DNA from: Paragordius varius
Taxonomy: Eukaryota; Animalia; Nematomorpha
DNA length: 64,000 bases
NCBI GenBank assembly: GCA_964247055.1
Contig: OZ176051.1
Span: forward strand, 12,958,001-13,022,000
Direction of reading: 5' to 3'
Within the stretch, counting starts at the first letter, position 1. Each line of letters begins with the position of its first letter. The notes below the pieces were generated by a model. The model ran no database searches. It was not told where the DNA came from and worked only from the letters and a program-made list of their open reading frames with translations. This document shows, piece after piece, positions 51,621-64,000 of this stretch. The translations under genes were made by a program, and so were the position numbers.

Positions 51621-52044
51621 ATTGAGTTAATCTTTTCAGATTCAGAGTTTATGCACATGTATATTAAAAGCAATAACTTAATTTATAGTCGGTTAATTAA
51701 AAACTTACACTTTTAGTGGATGCGAATTGATTTTCATTTGAAATTCGCTCGTGGCCAGATCTTTAAATGTTTCAGCAGAAATTTTACAATAACATTGGTT
51801 TAAAATAAATCTTCGTTGTATTCGAAAAATAGTCATGTTCCCAATAAAAAATTTTACTTTGAGAATAACCTTAAAAATATGAATAATTAAACTATACTGT
51901 GATAAATAATTACTTAAACAACAATCAACCGTCACATACTGCTTAAAGAAATGCGATCCAATTTATATGGAATATAGAGGGTTCTTCTAAATATGTGTTT
52001 ATTTTGAAAAAAATCGTGTTAATATGAAAACAGTTAATCCATTA

Positions 52045-52524
52045 CCTTTTGGGGTAGTTTTATATCACAGAGCCAATTAAAATTAAAATATTTTAAAAAG
52101 TTTCTGCGGTATTAATCCCAATTTAAAATTCTTTCTTTAGTGTTTTAGGCACATTATACGGTTTTTTTAAAAATATTTAAAATTGTTAAAAATCCTCTTT
52201 CAAAACTTTTTTGCCGCTTTTTTTCTATAATTTTTTTAGATCGCTAAAGCAACATGCAAATAATTGTATATTATGTTGAAAATGTAAATGATTAACTATA
52301 AAAAGCTTCAGCCTCATTTTATCAGCAAAAACTTGGTATATCCTGATTTTCATTTCACTCGTGTTTGGAGCTGCCTCAATTATAGGCTCTAGAAGTATAA
52401 AACTGTAAAAAATAAAAACTTTTTATCTATTACATGAGAATGTTTGATAATTAATTTCTAAAATAACGTTTAAAACTGTGGTTTATTTAAAAAAATAAGC
52501 CGGTTATAAAACTACCCAAAAATG
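52045..52524. mobile_element. Family G element, best-preserved copy (480 bp)
   Basis: Inverted termini CCTTTTGGGGTAGTTTTATA / TATAAAACTACCCAAAAATG. Confidence 0.7.
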
Positions 52525-53162
52525 TAAACTAGGGCAAAAAAGTGAAAAGATAATGAAGTGTTAAATAGAAGTATACGGCAAAATTTATAATTTATTCATA
52601 ATTTGGTAATAATAAAAATCACAATTATAAAATGTATAAAAATGATCTAGAATTTTGTTGGTTTGGTTTGTGTGTATACATATATTTAACAACTAATATA
52701 AAAAATGTCAAATATAAATAATTGATATTAGGCATAATAAGAAAAATAGCTATATTACATATATTATATAAAAATGGGTTAATTAAACTATCACAAAAAA
52801 TTTATAATTTTTACTACATAATAAATTTTGTCGAATTGATAGATACAAAAGCCAATTTAAAAATTAAGAAATAAATGCATTTCACTTATACTCAACTAAT
52901 GTATAAAGTAAATATATGGGAACGGTAAGAGATTCTGTTTAAAAATAATTTAATAGCCGCTTGTTAAACAGCCTTGAACTTATCTAAAAAGATAAAATTG
53001 TAGCATATGAATGACTGAAACTAGTTTAAAAAATTATTTTTGGAAAATAATAATTAACGGATTTTATTGACAATGAAATATTTGAGCAATTTTAATAAGT
53101 TTTGTGTGTGGTATTCTGACTCGATTGAAATAGTCATGCTATAAACGCGTCTTGTGAATTGA

Positions 53163-56100
53163 TCAGGCAATCAATATGAATTTGAGGTATATTGACCACC
53201 CCAAAAATATGGTTAAAAATGTCATTTGGAAATTATATGGATGAGAACTAAAACCATCACTAGTGTGGGTTGATCGTTGAGATTTTCCATCTAGTAATAA
53301 AACATTATAAATACATTTGATAAAAGAAGATTTTTCACCATTATAGGTGTTAGCATCGATGATAAATATACCGTCCTTTTGTTGAAAATGAACGCCTTAT
53401 AGTTACAACTAATTTGTTAAGAAATTTTCAGGTATATTCCCGTATTTACAAAAACGATATAGTTTGGGCATGACTAAATGAATTTATCCACTAAATCCAA
53501 AAAATTAATAGAATTTCTTAATCCTCAAAAAATCATATACACTGTGATTACCAAAAATTCCTGACATTTAACACTTTTGATATATTCCCAAGAGTTAGGA
53601 TTGCTATAAAAACTAAAAATCTCACCCTGATTTATATCATTACGGGCAATGATATCATCTATAATTTTGGGACCGGCAGTGTGTTGTGAAGGCGAGTAAT
53701 GAAGTGATTTATCGTTGTATACACCCTTTCCGTGCGTCGTAAGATTTTTGGAAAACCGATTTTTGAATAATTCAGTATCGGGTGTTAAACCGCTTCCTTC
53801 CAAAGTTATTCCATGATGGGTACCCTCTAAATCAACTAACAAATCATCGTGAGCCTTAGTTTTAGACGTTTTACCATTCGATGAGGATTGCTGATAGGTA
53901 TTGAATGGGCTAGACCCACTCCCTCCCATGGCTAATTTCAAAATATTAAATTGATAAAACTTTGGCATTTAAATTAAAGGAATGTGATACGTAATTATGT
54001 AGATTAGTCAGTGTATAAAAACGATATAGTATTGTTAGGTTTTCGTTATAAATGAATATAAAAGATTAGAAATAAAAAACATTAAAATTTTAAATTAAAA
54101 ATCTAAAATTCATCGAATGTTTATTGTAAAAAACGGGATAAAACAGGATGTTTGGGAAAATACTACCATGATTTGACTTTCACCAAAACGACATGGAAAG
54201 ACTCTAGGGTTATTTTAAATTTTTCTATATCAAAACAAATATTAATTATGTTATATACAATTAACCTCTACCCCTCTCTTCCATTTCCCTTTTAAATTAT
54301 ATTGGGTTATTCGTAACACAGTAGCGTATGGTTAAAAACAACAAATGATTGATGTATATCACATTCCTTTCTTAGAATATTGATTTGGACAGACAATGAT
54401 TGTTACATATATGCTACTGTATTACCAATTGCCCAACAATTTTAAAGTCCAAATAATTGTAAGTTAATAATAAGCATATTTACCACTTAATGCATTAACT
54501 AAATCTTCATCATCAACTACGGCATTATTTAATCGAGCCAATTTATTATTATTGTTATTAATGTTGGTGTTTATAAAACGTTCATCATTGCTGTTTAATA
54601 ATTGTTGGGCATCCACGACGTTTCCTTGCTTGGTATCGAAAGGATTCATCCCTGACCCCATGACTGAATTGGGGATAGAGGGCGTATCTTTTACACCATC
54701 TTCCATATCCATCAACAATGGATTATTGTTAAGCATAGGTCGATCTCTGCATCATACAATATTAGCAAAACAATATATATATATATATATATATTAGAGT
54801 ATAATAGAGTAAGCTATTCATTATCTTAGTATATACCATTTATAATTCTAATTCACTCTTGAACAATTCTAATTCACCCTTGAACAATTTGAATTCACCC
54901 TAAAAATGAATTATATGTTATTTAAAAATAGGAATTACCTATATTTTCATATATTTTTTAAAAAAAAATTTGTTGTAAATTAAAAATGTAAATCAAAAAA
55001 TAATAAACTATTCCATACTGATATATTTAATATTAATAATAAGTATGTTAGCTCGAAAACACATGATTTATTTTGGGATGAATTTAAATTGTTCAAAAAT
55101 GAAATCGATTTGTTCAAGGGTGAATTTGAACTGTAAATGGTAAATATAGTGGGAAAGGCGTGACAGTGTTTAAGTCTTCAGAAGTATTGATACAATATAC
55201 TAATTCCTTAATGAGGTGTTTAACATGCGGCACGCGAAAAATTTGGAAATTCATATTTCGTAAAAATATGCTTGATAGGGCCTAAATATATTTCCCCGCC
55301 AGATTTTTTGAGTTAATACGGCGCGCAAAACCATTTGTATAATAATCCCCCTGCCATTAACTGAAAAATATCATATTTTCAATTTCTTTTATAGCTGGGA
55401 TTGATTCCAAAGAAACCGTTTTTGGTTCTAAAAGGTTTTAAATCTTTTCATTGTCATTGGTTCCGGTTCCAAAGAATCTCTACCTAGATATTTTGGTGCT
55501 TCTCCAATTTTTAGCGAAAAAAATTGGTTTGGTCATTGTTTTATAGTATGGGTTCAAATTTGATTATCAAAATATTAATTTCAAAACAATTTTGCTGGTA
55601 TTGTATATTAATAATAATAATATAACCGTGAATTCTGGGCAGAAGGCTTATCGTTAGTATCACTGTTAAAAAAAGATTTTTCAAAATGTGAATTATCTAT
55701 TAGTTGGCTTATCATAGGGCTTCCTTGATAGCCCGGGCTATTTATAGCGGTATGACTAGCATATAATTGAGTTTCTATGGAAGCATTTTGATTATTTTCG
55801 TCATAATTGTGGAATTTTGAGTTATCTTTATTGAGAAGACTTGGCAAAAAAGGAAAAGTGTATGGTTGAGTTGTCATGGCAACTATGGGTTTAGTTGATT
55901 GCAAATTTTGGAACTGCGAAGCCAGCTGTTTTTCACTTTGTTGTTGAAGTATACCCATGGATATTAACTTTGATCTAATAGACTATAAGAGTGAGATATA
56001 TTAACCATTTTAATATAGGTAACACAATTAACAAATACACAGTATGTACATTTATGTTAGCCATTTTGCAGTAACAGTAGCGTAAGAGTAAAAACAAAAA

Positions 56101-59072
56101 TGGTTGAAATTAAACATTTTTTTCCTATTTAACAACATCAAATTGGTTTATTAGATTAGGGACAAAATTTGTTTGATATCATATTACCAATTTGCTAAGA
56201 CAAATATGCATTCTGTCTATATATAATATATATATAAAAGGAAATTACATTAAGCTCATTTATTAGGGTATCAGCTTGATAAGGCTTGTTTAATAATGGT
56301 GTATTTAGCGATGAATCAAAAACTGTACTGTGCGAATCAAAATAATCTTCAATCTCCACCAACTCCGGATTGCTCAAAAGGGCTTGGCGGCCAAATTTAA
56401 CTAAATTTTTGGAATATCTAGATAAAAAATAAATGTTATCCAATTATTCAAAATGTTAGTTTTTATCTGAAAAAAAAAGATCAACAACAAAAACATTGAA
56501 TTATCTCAATGTGTACTAAAGGCATTTTTTTATACCATAATAAAATAATGTCAATAATCTTATGAATACATTATGCTTTTAAAAAATCGTAATTATAATT
56601 TTAAATCCCAAATTTTTTTTGAAGGTAAAGAAGTCAAAGGATTTGTAAGCATTTTATATAGCAGTACTAATATATTTATAAAAAATTTAGTTTAAATTAT
56701 GCGAAGGACATTTTTTTTTAAAAAAAATATACCGCTGTACTTTTATAACCTGATTTATGATCTATAACTTATTGTTTAAAACCGCAAATGAGTTATAAAT
56801 TGTTCACATAATCAATTATTATATATAATTTAATGTTGTGATGATTCAATAATTTTTATAGGAAAAATTAAGTAGATTGTAAAAACATGGTTGTCTTTTG
56901 AAATATTTTAACCCTAAAATTTAAATCCGACCATATTAATGATAAAACCCCTCCATTTGGAGTGGTAATGATTTCAGTCAAAGAATTGATATTTCAATGT
57001 GATACAACATAAATAAATTCGATTATTTATATATAGTTCAAACCCCCTTATATATTTTATAATTTTATGAAAGCACACGTGTGCCGTGTTGGGTACAAAA
57101 GTTACAATAAACGGATATGAAAAGTAGATTCTACCTGCCTACCATTTCACCATCCCAACATCCCTTATTGTTTGGGCTAACAGATTCATCCAAAGCACAC
57201 ATGGCATCAGGAACTGCGCTAAAAGTTGAACCATATTTCATCGAATGTTGCCGCCGTGAATACGTTTCAACATTCTTATTATTCTTATTCTTGTCATCAC
57301 TTAATTCTGAGATTTTTTCAATACCACCATCGAACGCCGTCCCAAAATACGATTTAAAAGATGACCTTTTCTGTGGTGATTGTTTAAGGGGTAAAGCTAA
57401 GCGCCATAGACTTTCATTGCGAATGTGTGATAAGGCTTGAGTTAGGATAGAGTTTGTATGGACCAAGATACTTTTAAACCATTCTTCATCCGTTGTTCCC
57501 CCATTCTTTCCCAACAGGTGAGGAATCAATTTTTGGGTTAAATAATTAGTTTGATTATCAATATCATCACTGTGGATAATATTGGTTAACGAATTCGCAT
57601 GAGTATTTATAAATGATGCTACACCACATTTCGTTTCAACCTAGGAGATATATATGTATATAAATATAGATAGTTTTGATATGGTCCTACATTTCGAATA
57701 AATCATTTAAAACAGTGGTTTCCAAAAGGGGGCCGTAGAAAAATCAAGAGGTGGGGGGCGCGCGCGAAAATTTTGAAAAATTATATTAAATATAAAACTG
57801 GAAACAATTTGAAGGTTAATGAGAATCTCAAGTGCAAATCAATATTTGTCTTTGGTATGAAAAAAATATTTGCACAATTTCAAATAAAAGGATTTTATTG
57901 GTTCCGATTTTTATAATATTATAATAAATTTTGATTTATCTTTGTAGTTTTGGGAAAAGGGGGGCGGGGGCAATTTTTTTTTTAAATTGGTAGGACGTGA
58001 ATAAAAAAAGGTTGGGCGCTGATTTAAAATTTATTACTAAAATAACACTACAGGTAGCCTATTGATACCACAGTAGCGTATGATATAAATAAAACAATTT
58101 TTGTCCAAAATTAAATGGTCAATGTAATCTGGTTGGAGTTAATAAAATGTTTAATTTTAACCATTTGTTTTTTTCACCCATACGCAACTGTATGGCCAAT
58201 TGGCCAACTCTAAATAAGTACTGTAATTATGTCTCTAATGCACAATCTTTTTGAATTTTGAGTTCAACAAGCCTTAAATCAATTTATATATATATATATA
58301 TATATAATAGCATCTAGGAGCAAAAAATAAACTTATTAAAAAATAAAAATTATTAAGATACATATATCCCTACCTCCTCACCTTATATTGTATTAATCAA
58401 AAGAAAATATTACTAATATTCCCTAAAAGAAAACTGGGAAGTAATAAAAAACTTTGGTGTATTTGACCCCTTGATATTCCTATCCTATAATCCTTACATT
58501 AGAGCAGACTCACGGCAATTATCCAATTAATTAAATATACGTTTAATGTAAATTACTCCGCATACTAATTACTATTACATTTCGTTCTCAAAATAACGGT
58601 TTCATTTTTACAATAAGCAATAAAACCTTTTTAAATTACAACCCCAAGTGTCTAAAAAAATAGTTGTATGAACCAAAATTTTTTAATCACCATTGAGACT
58701 CTCTTTTAATAAAAAATAAATAAAATGTGAAGAGTGTCCGAAACTTTTTCAGACAATTTTGACGATAAAAGAAAAATTGACAATATATATGTTAATTTTT
58801 TTGAGAGAATAATATCCATATTATATATATATATATATATATATACAAAAATTATGATTTATAAAACCCAAAAATTTATATAAAAAACGACATCCATTTC
58901 ATTTTTCGTTTGTTAAAACATATTTGTACTTTTTTCCTGGAATATGTCTTATATATATTTATAATAAAACGTAAATCGATAATGCTAATATTAAGTCAAT
59001 TTTTGCCATATTTTATGAACAAGCTCTAAAAGATATTTGTCGGAAACTACTAAAGACACAGTAATGAAATTC

Positions 59073-59116
<44 letters not shown>

Positions 59117-62100
59117 TGTTTGATAAATATTTGAAATGACAAATGGATACATGATATAATATTATGATATAACACCATGTATAATTGATAAAAAAGGAGT
59201 GTGAAAATCTCCAAAAAATAGTTTTTAGCTCTTTAATGACAACCTAATATACAGGATATTTAAATCATTTTATAATATTACCAAGATTCGTTATATTGCC
59301 TGTGATATATTTTAACATTCTTGGTGTCCAACTGTTAATTGTTCCACATATATAAGCAAATTTAGCAAGCTTATAATGAGTTATTAAGAAAAAATAATTA
59401 GAGTCAAAAATAATTGGTATGCAAAAAAACGATATTGTTGAAAAGTTTGTAAGTAATTTTTTTTATATTTTTTGGCTAAATTTGGGGAATAACTTTGTCG
59501 CGTTTTACCATTTTCTTTTTGCCTTTGTGAAATAAAGGTGTCATATATGTGTGTCAACGTATAGAAGAAGCAAATTACAGTAGCGTATGACATAAAACAA
59601 TTTTAGTCCATAAAATAATAAAAAAAATGTTTTTTTAAAAAAAAGCAAGGGGATATTATGGATATGTCTATACACAACTAGGGTTGTTCATTTAAAAAAC
59701 GCACTTTTTTATTCTTCTATGTACTAATCTTGTTTTATGCCATACGCTACTGTAAATTATATTGTATATTGTCGTACAAAAGACAAACAAATGTTTTGGT
59801 GACAAAGTATCATTATCCAAGAATTTTTAGTTATGTGACTGTAAATTCAATCTTAACATAATATATAAAGAAATAAGGAGACTCAAAAGATTTATAATTG
59901 AGACGTTCTATTATAAAAATCATAAGTAAAAGCATACACACAAGGACTAATTAAATAAAAAAGATGCATAAAAATATATAAACAATTGGTAAAGTGACTA
60001 TTATGAAAGCATTATAATTTAAAAAACACTATATTAGAGTTTGTCACAAATTAGAAAATAGTATTTATTGAATATCAATTAAAAGCAATTATGATACCTC
60101 ATAGAAAAAAATTATTATCGATTCCAAACGCTTTCATTCATTGGGTATTCGAAATAACAAATTATATGTTAGAAACAAGTTTGTAAAATGTGATTTCTTT
60201 TGAATTTAATAGTTCATTAATTTTGTGAGGGGTAAATCCCTCATTTTTTATACATGCACATTCAATAGTAAATATAGCTCTAAATTTTTAAATTATCCCT
60301 TCACCCAAAATTTAAGTAAACTACACTTTATTCAAAAAAAAAGAAAAACCAATTAATTATACAATCTGTCTGTCTCCCTGTTTTTTTTTCATTCGCCAAA
60401 AAAAGAATAATTAATTTTATGAACTCTCACTCTCTCTCTACTGTCCAACCAAAATTATGTTAGGGTGTAAACGTAAATATTATTTTTTTTCATGAGTGAT
60501 AATAGCTCACTCACACATACATTGAGGATATGGTAAAATGCCTAAAAAGTGCACAAAAGGGGAAAAATAGTAATTATATATACAGAAATATAAATTAATT
60601 TTTTATTTCTGACTCTGTCTATCCCTAAATACATTTGTGTATGACAATAAGCGCGCGTCAGCCAAAAAATATAATACGTATTGCTGGGCTAAGTTTATAA
60701 CTATAATAAAATATTCTATTTTATAGATATAAACTTGACTTTATGATGATTAATATTATATATATATATACATATTTATCAAAGATGTGTCAAGATATAT
60801 ACTAAAAATTTGTAACATAATAATGAGTTGTGGAATGTAAAAAGGTTTTAAGGGCGAGAGGAATGTTTTGTATAAAATTAATCATTATAAACGTTTTTAT
60901 TTGGAAAACAAATCCAATTTTTTTAAAAGAGCCAATAAAATTTGTAGACTATTATCATAATTATAGAGAATTAGATAATTGATTTTGGGCAAAAAAAGTT
61001 ATGGCACCTAAATGCATATCTTTTCATATATAATTAGGAGTATAAAACCCTCTTATTTTATAAAAATGCTAATTTTGGGAACAGGTGTATAAGATATAAA
61101 ATAATGTAGCAGCCAATATGCACTAATGCATTGCGAAAAATCTTATAACCACAAAACATATTATATAATATACATTTTGATGGGCGACCATTAAATCTAA
61201 TTTAACCCCCAAAAATACCAATTTTTATGTGATTAATATTAAAAATAATTTTATGATGCTTAAAATTACTGTTTTTAAAAAATGTAAAAAACGTAACGTA
61301 AAAATCTTATGGGTGCTTTAAAATTAATAACTTTAAATGTTTAATTATCCGTCTCTCGTAAACCCATGTTAAATAATGTTGATTTTAATGTGTAAGGTAT
61401 GAATGTTAAGAAAAAACTTTTGGCAGTTGTGTATACCTCATTTTCCAATCGAGTTGCGTGACCTTTTAACCATTGAATCATGCGCAGGAAAGCAGACGAT
61501 CGTGAATGACTATTACCATTTTTTAAGGTATCGTCTGTCGCATTTAAATTTTGATTTTGGTGCAACAATAGTGTCAAATCACGAAGTTGTTGAAACAAAG
61601 TTGTTAAGATCCATGTTAAATGATTCCAAGCCGTTCCTAATCCCTCGAGATCGGACAGACAGGCTGAAGCTATGTTGTGACACATACCACGACAAATGGG
61701 GAAAGGGGATTTGGGTGGAACCGTCGGTTCTTTAAATCTAAAAATGTTGCAAATAATGATGAATCGAAAAGTAATGCATATATTATTTTAGGTGCTATAT
61801 AGGATGTTGTTAAAAAACTACTTTTGGCCAATTATGTCATTTTTGTGAGATTCTGGGATGTCAAGAGCACACGATTGACAATAAAACATTTTAGTCAAGG
61901 CCCATTCACATTGAGTTGAATAGGACAATTTTGGTTTTTGTTTAATATTTATATATTGGTTTTCATATGATTGAGTTTTATTGTACCGAAGAATTTGCAA
62001 AGGATCGTCATATATCAATGGAAGTAATTGGCGTTGTAATCCATACGCTAATATGTAATAAGTATATTGAAGCATATCAACAAATCGAAGGCGAGTTAAC

Positions 62101-62479
62101 CATTCATTACTAGCATTCGTTTTATGATATAAAGCATCGGTGGTAAATGTATCGGTTAAATTATGGAGGTGATCGAAGTTATTTGATGTGTTGGCCACAA
62201 GCAAATTATCAGGTATATTTGTTAAACATTGTTTATACCTTTCTGTATAATCATTTTTATCGGGGTGCAACACATTGTGTATTATGGCCGGTTTTAACTT
62301 ATCCCATAACCGATGTTTATACGATTGGGTCAAATCTGTCAAGTTTAATAAGGTCGTAAAAGTTGTGGACTGTCGCGTTATGTTTTGGATGGACTGGGAT
62401 AGAATTGAATCATATAAATGATTTTCTGCATCATTTACCATAGACTTTGCCAGGTAAAAAATGTTGATTTGATATACTT
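53163..62479 (-). CDS. Glypican (GPI-anchored heparan sulfate proteoglycan, Dally/Dlp/GPC family); 5' exons not located
   Basis: Frame-consistent exons 62479-61822, 61737-61437, 57640-57135, 56417-56249, 55982-55627, 54746-54484, 53931-53626, and a terminal exon from 53290 (or 53395) to 53163 (TGA). Ten glypican-pattern cysteines are visible: YKQCL, QCEWALTKMFYCQSC, PICRGMCHNIASACL, ETKCG, AMCAL, GCWDGEMVGR|Y, followed by LSNPEL. It has Ser-Gly sites and a C-terminal GPI-type signal SDGFSS..MTFLTIFLGWSIYLKFILIA*. The 3' exon path is less certain. Confidence 0.88.
54836..55140. mobile_element. MITE family D, copy 4 (intact termini), in a glypican intron
   Basis: TA|CCATTTATAATTCTAATTCAC ... 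GGGTGAATTTGAACTGTAAATGG|TA; 305 bp with 21-bp internal units. Confidence 0.8.
56040..56215. mobile_element. Diverged family C MITE occupying most of a 266-nt glypican intron
   Basis: CAGTATGTACA..CAGTAGCGTAAG ... ATATGCATTCTG. Further diverged family C copies lie at ~54300-54440 and ~58050-58224. Confidence 0.55.
57713..58021. mobile_element. hAT MITE, 309 bp, with a perfect 8-bp target-site duplication
   Basis: ATTTAAAA at 57705-57712 and again at 58022-58029. Ends are CAGTGGTTTCCAA / AGGTTGGGCGCTG. Confidence 0.8.
59578..59752. mobile_element. Minimal MITE made of the inner module of family C
   Basis: TA|CAGTAGCGTATGACATAAAACAA ... TTGTTTTATGCCATACGCTACTG|TA. Confidence 0.75.
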
Positions 62480-63678
62480 CTAAATATATATGATAAAATT
62501 AGCAAAATCTGTCAAATCTTTTTTTGTGAAAAATTATAATATAAATTCCCTCCAAAAAACTTATTAACGATTTTACGATCAAAAAAAATTTTGTCCAGTC
62601 ATATTTATAACTAATTATCGTTATAATCAAGTAATATAATAGTTTAAAATATGTCTTTTCGCATAAATTGAAAATGTTTGTCAAAAAATAATAGATTAAT
62701 CTATGAATGATTATAAACGGTAATATATGTATTAATTACAAATTTTTGTGAAATATATTTAAAACTTATATCCAAAAAAATGATAATGGTAATAGCAAAT
62801 AAAGGGATGCCCGAATCCATTGTTTGGCAGTCCGTCTTTGTCATATATATAGGCACTTATAAATATTTTTTACAAACATAATATAAATACTATTTTATTC
62901 ACCAATTTTTTCTAGTTCGTTGCCAATTGTAAAAACTTATTAGGAAAATTAATCAATATTTTTTAAGATTTTATAATATCTGCAGAATTTTTTATTTTTT
63001 GACAATCAAAATATTCGCAAGCTGAATGTTGAACGCTCCTGATTAATAGATTATTAATTTATTAAAAAAGATATTACCATAAATACCAACTTTAAGAAAT
63101 ATTTTTTTCACCAATAAAATATGCGATAAAAATTATCATTACAAATATATTTAATCAGGTTTGAGATAATATAATCAGATAATGTATGTTCTTTACATAG
63201 ACCAATTTACAGTATGCATTTTAATGTCTGTTAAGTAATTTTATTGCCTGCCAAATAACATAAATGGTTTATCAAAAGCGTAAAATACTGACCCACGAAA
63301 TTATTTCGTAGTACACATATGAAAGAAGATGGACGTGAGAATTAACATAGGCTTTAATTTGATGGATATTTTGTAATGTTAAATTTTGGGAATATTATAG
63401 CAATTTATGTTAACATTTGTAATATTGTTGTTACGTATTTAGATGCGAAATTTTGTGGGTTTTTATCTTTGATAAATTAATAAATAGTAAAATACGTATT
63501 TTAAGATATTTATTCCTAGATTTAATAATAAATATTTTTCAACATGCTAAATACCTGTATTAATTAATCTTGGTATTATAATTTTATGTTGTTATTACTA
63601 ATTAAAAAACACAGGTAAATATATATTTGTGAAAATTTAAGTAGATTTTTGTCTTTTATGTTTTGCATTATTTTTATC

Positions 63679-64000
63679 AGGTAAAAATTGCGGTTTTTAA
63701 TAAATTTCCTAAAAATTTAGTTTTTTTTGTTTTTTAGGTTTTGCATTGTTAGTTGTAATTAATTACTACATATTTTGGACATTATAATAAATAGAGGTAA
63801 AAATTGCGGTTTTTAATAAATTTACTAAAAATTTAGTTTTTTAGGTTTTGCATTGTTAATTGTAATTAACTACTACATATTTTGGACATTTTAATAATTA
63901 CAGGTAAAAATTGCGGTTTTTAACAATTTAGTAAAAATTTTGTTTTTTTTGTTTTTTTAGGTTTTGCATTGTTAATTGTAATTAATTACTACATATTTTG
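63679..64000. repeat. Tandem repeat, ~107-116 bp unit, at least 3 high-identity copies, runs off window end
   Basis: AGGTAAAAATTGCGGTTTTTAA at 63679, 63795 and 63902, each followed by TTTTTTAGGTTTTGCATTGTTA.TTGTAATTAA.TACTACATATTTTG. Confidence 0.9.

Noticed and set aside
53291-53625. Further tiny-intron candidates in glypican: 22 nt (53604-53625) and 24 nt (53291-53314)
   Set aside because: Neither is required by homology and neither has TAAT at -6 to -8. The 24-nt one reads through in frame without a stop. They were not counted as evidence for the tiny-intron class.
27173-59113. (TA)n and (CATA)n runs at ~27175, 32931, 54774, 58285, 58822 and 59075
   Set aside because: Ordinary microsatellites, expected in AT-rich DNA.
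54552-62359. Plus-strand ORFs 54552-54797, 57117-57440, 61403-61735 and 62147-62359
   Set aside because: Antisense to glypican exons; no independent gene structure.
62760-62850. GC-richer patch that could be the glypican first exon (MTKTDCQTMDSGIPLFAITIIIFLDI)
   Set aside because: It can splice in phase, but the product would lack the four N-terminal glypican cysteines, and I found no CC-containing exon in the window. Left unresolved rather than annotated.
1-64000. tRNA, rRNA, snRNA, spliced-leader RNA genes, telomeric arrays, or a non-standard genetic code
   Set aside because: None recognised by eye. The five genes use TAA, TAG and TGA as stops with no in-frame stops in conserved regions. 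A covariance-model search was not run, so small RNAs could have been missed.

Overview
Very AT-rich (roughly 75-80% AT by eye) eukaryotic, intron-containing DNA using the standard genetic code. It is metazoan and probably protostome/ecdysozoan (inference from an sNPF-type neuropeptide receptor). Five protein-coding genes were assembled by hand: p23/PTGES3 co-chaperone (+, 4952/4994-6502), LSM6 (-, 10444-10706), an intronless short-neuropeptide-F/PrRP-type GPCR (-, 16373-18406), an 8-exon DHDH-type Gfo/Idh/MocA dehydrogenase (-, 44489-49115), and a 5'-incomplete, unusually long glypican (-, 53163-62479). The rest is a mosaic of non-autonomous DNA transposons (TTAA-flanked piggyBac-like elements, TA-flanked hairpin MITEs, hAT MITEs), dead mariner, hAT and RTE-LINE remnants, and tandem repeats at both window ends. 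The most striking observation is that conserved genes need ultra-short GT-AG introns: 23, 23 and 30 nt, and probably 21 nt. All four end in TAAT(N)TTAG, and they sit in the same genes as ordinary 70-3800 nt introns, several of which contain MITEs. This suggests an unusual tiny-intron splicing mode in an otherwise non-compact animal genome. All alignments and family comparisons were done by eye or from memory; no database search was run.
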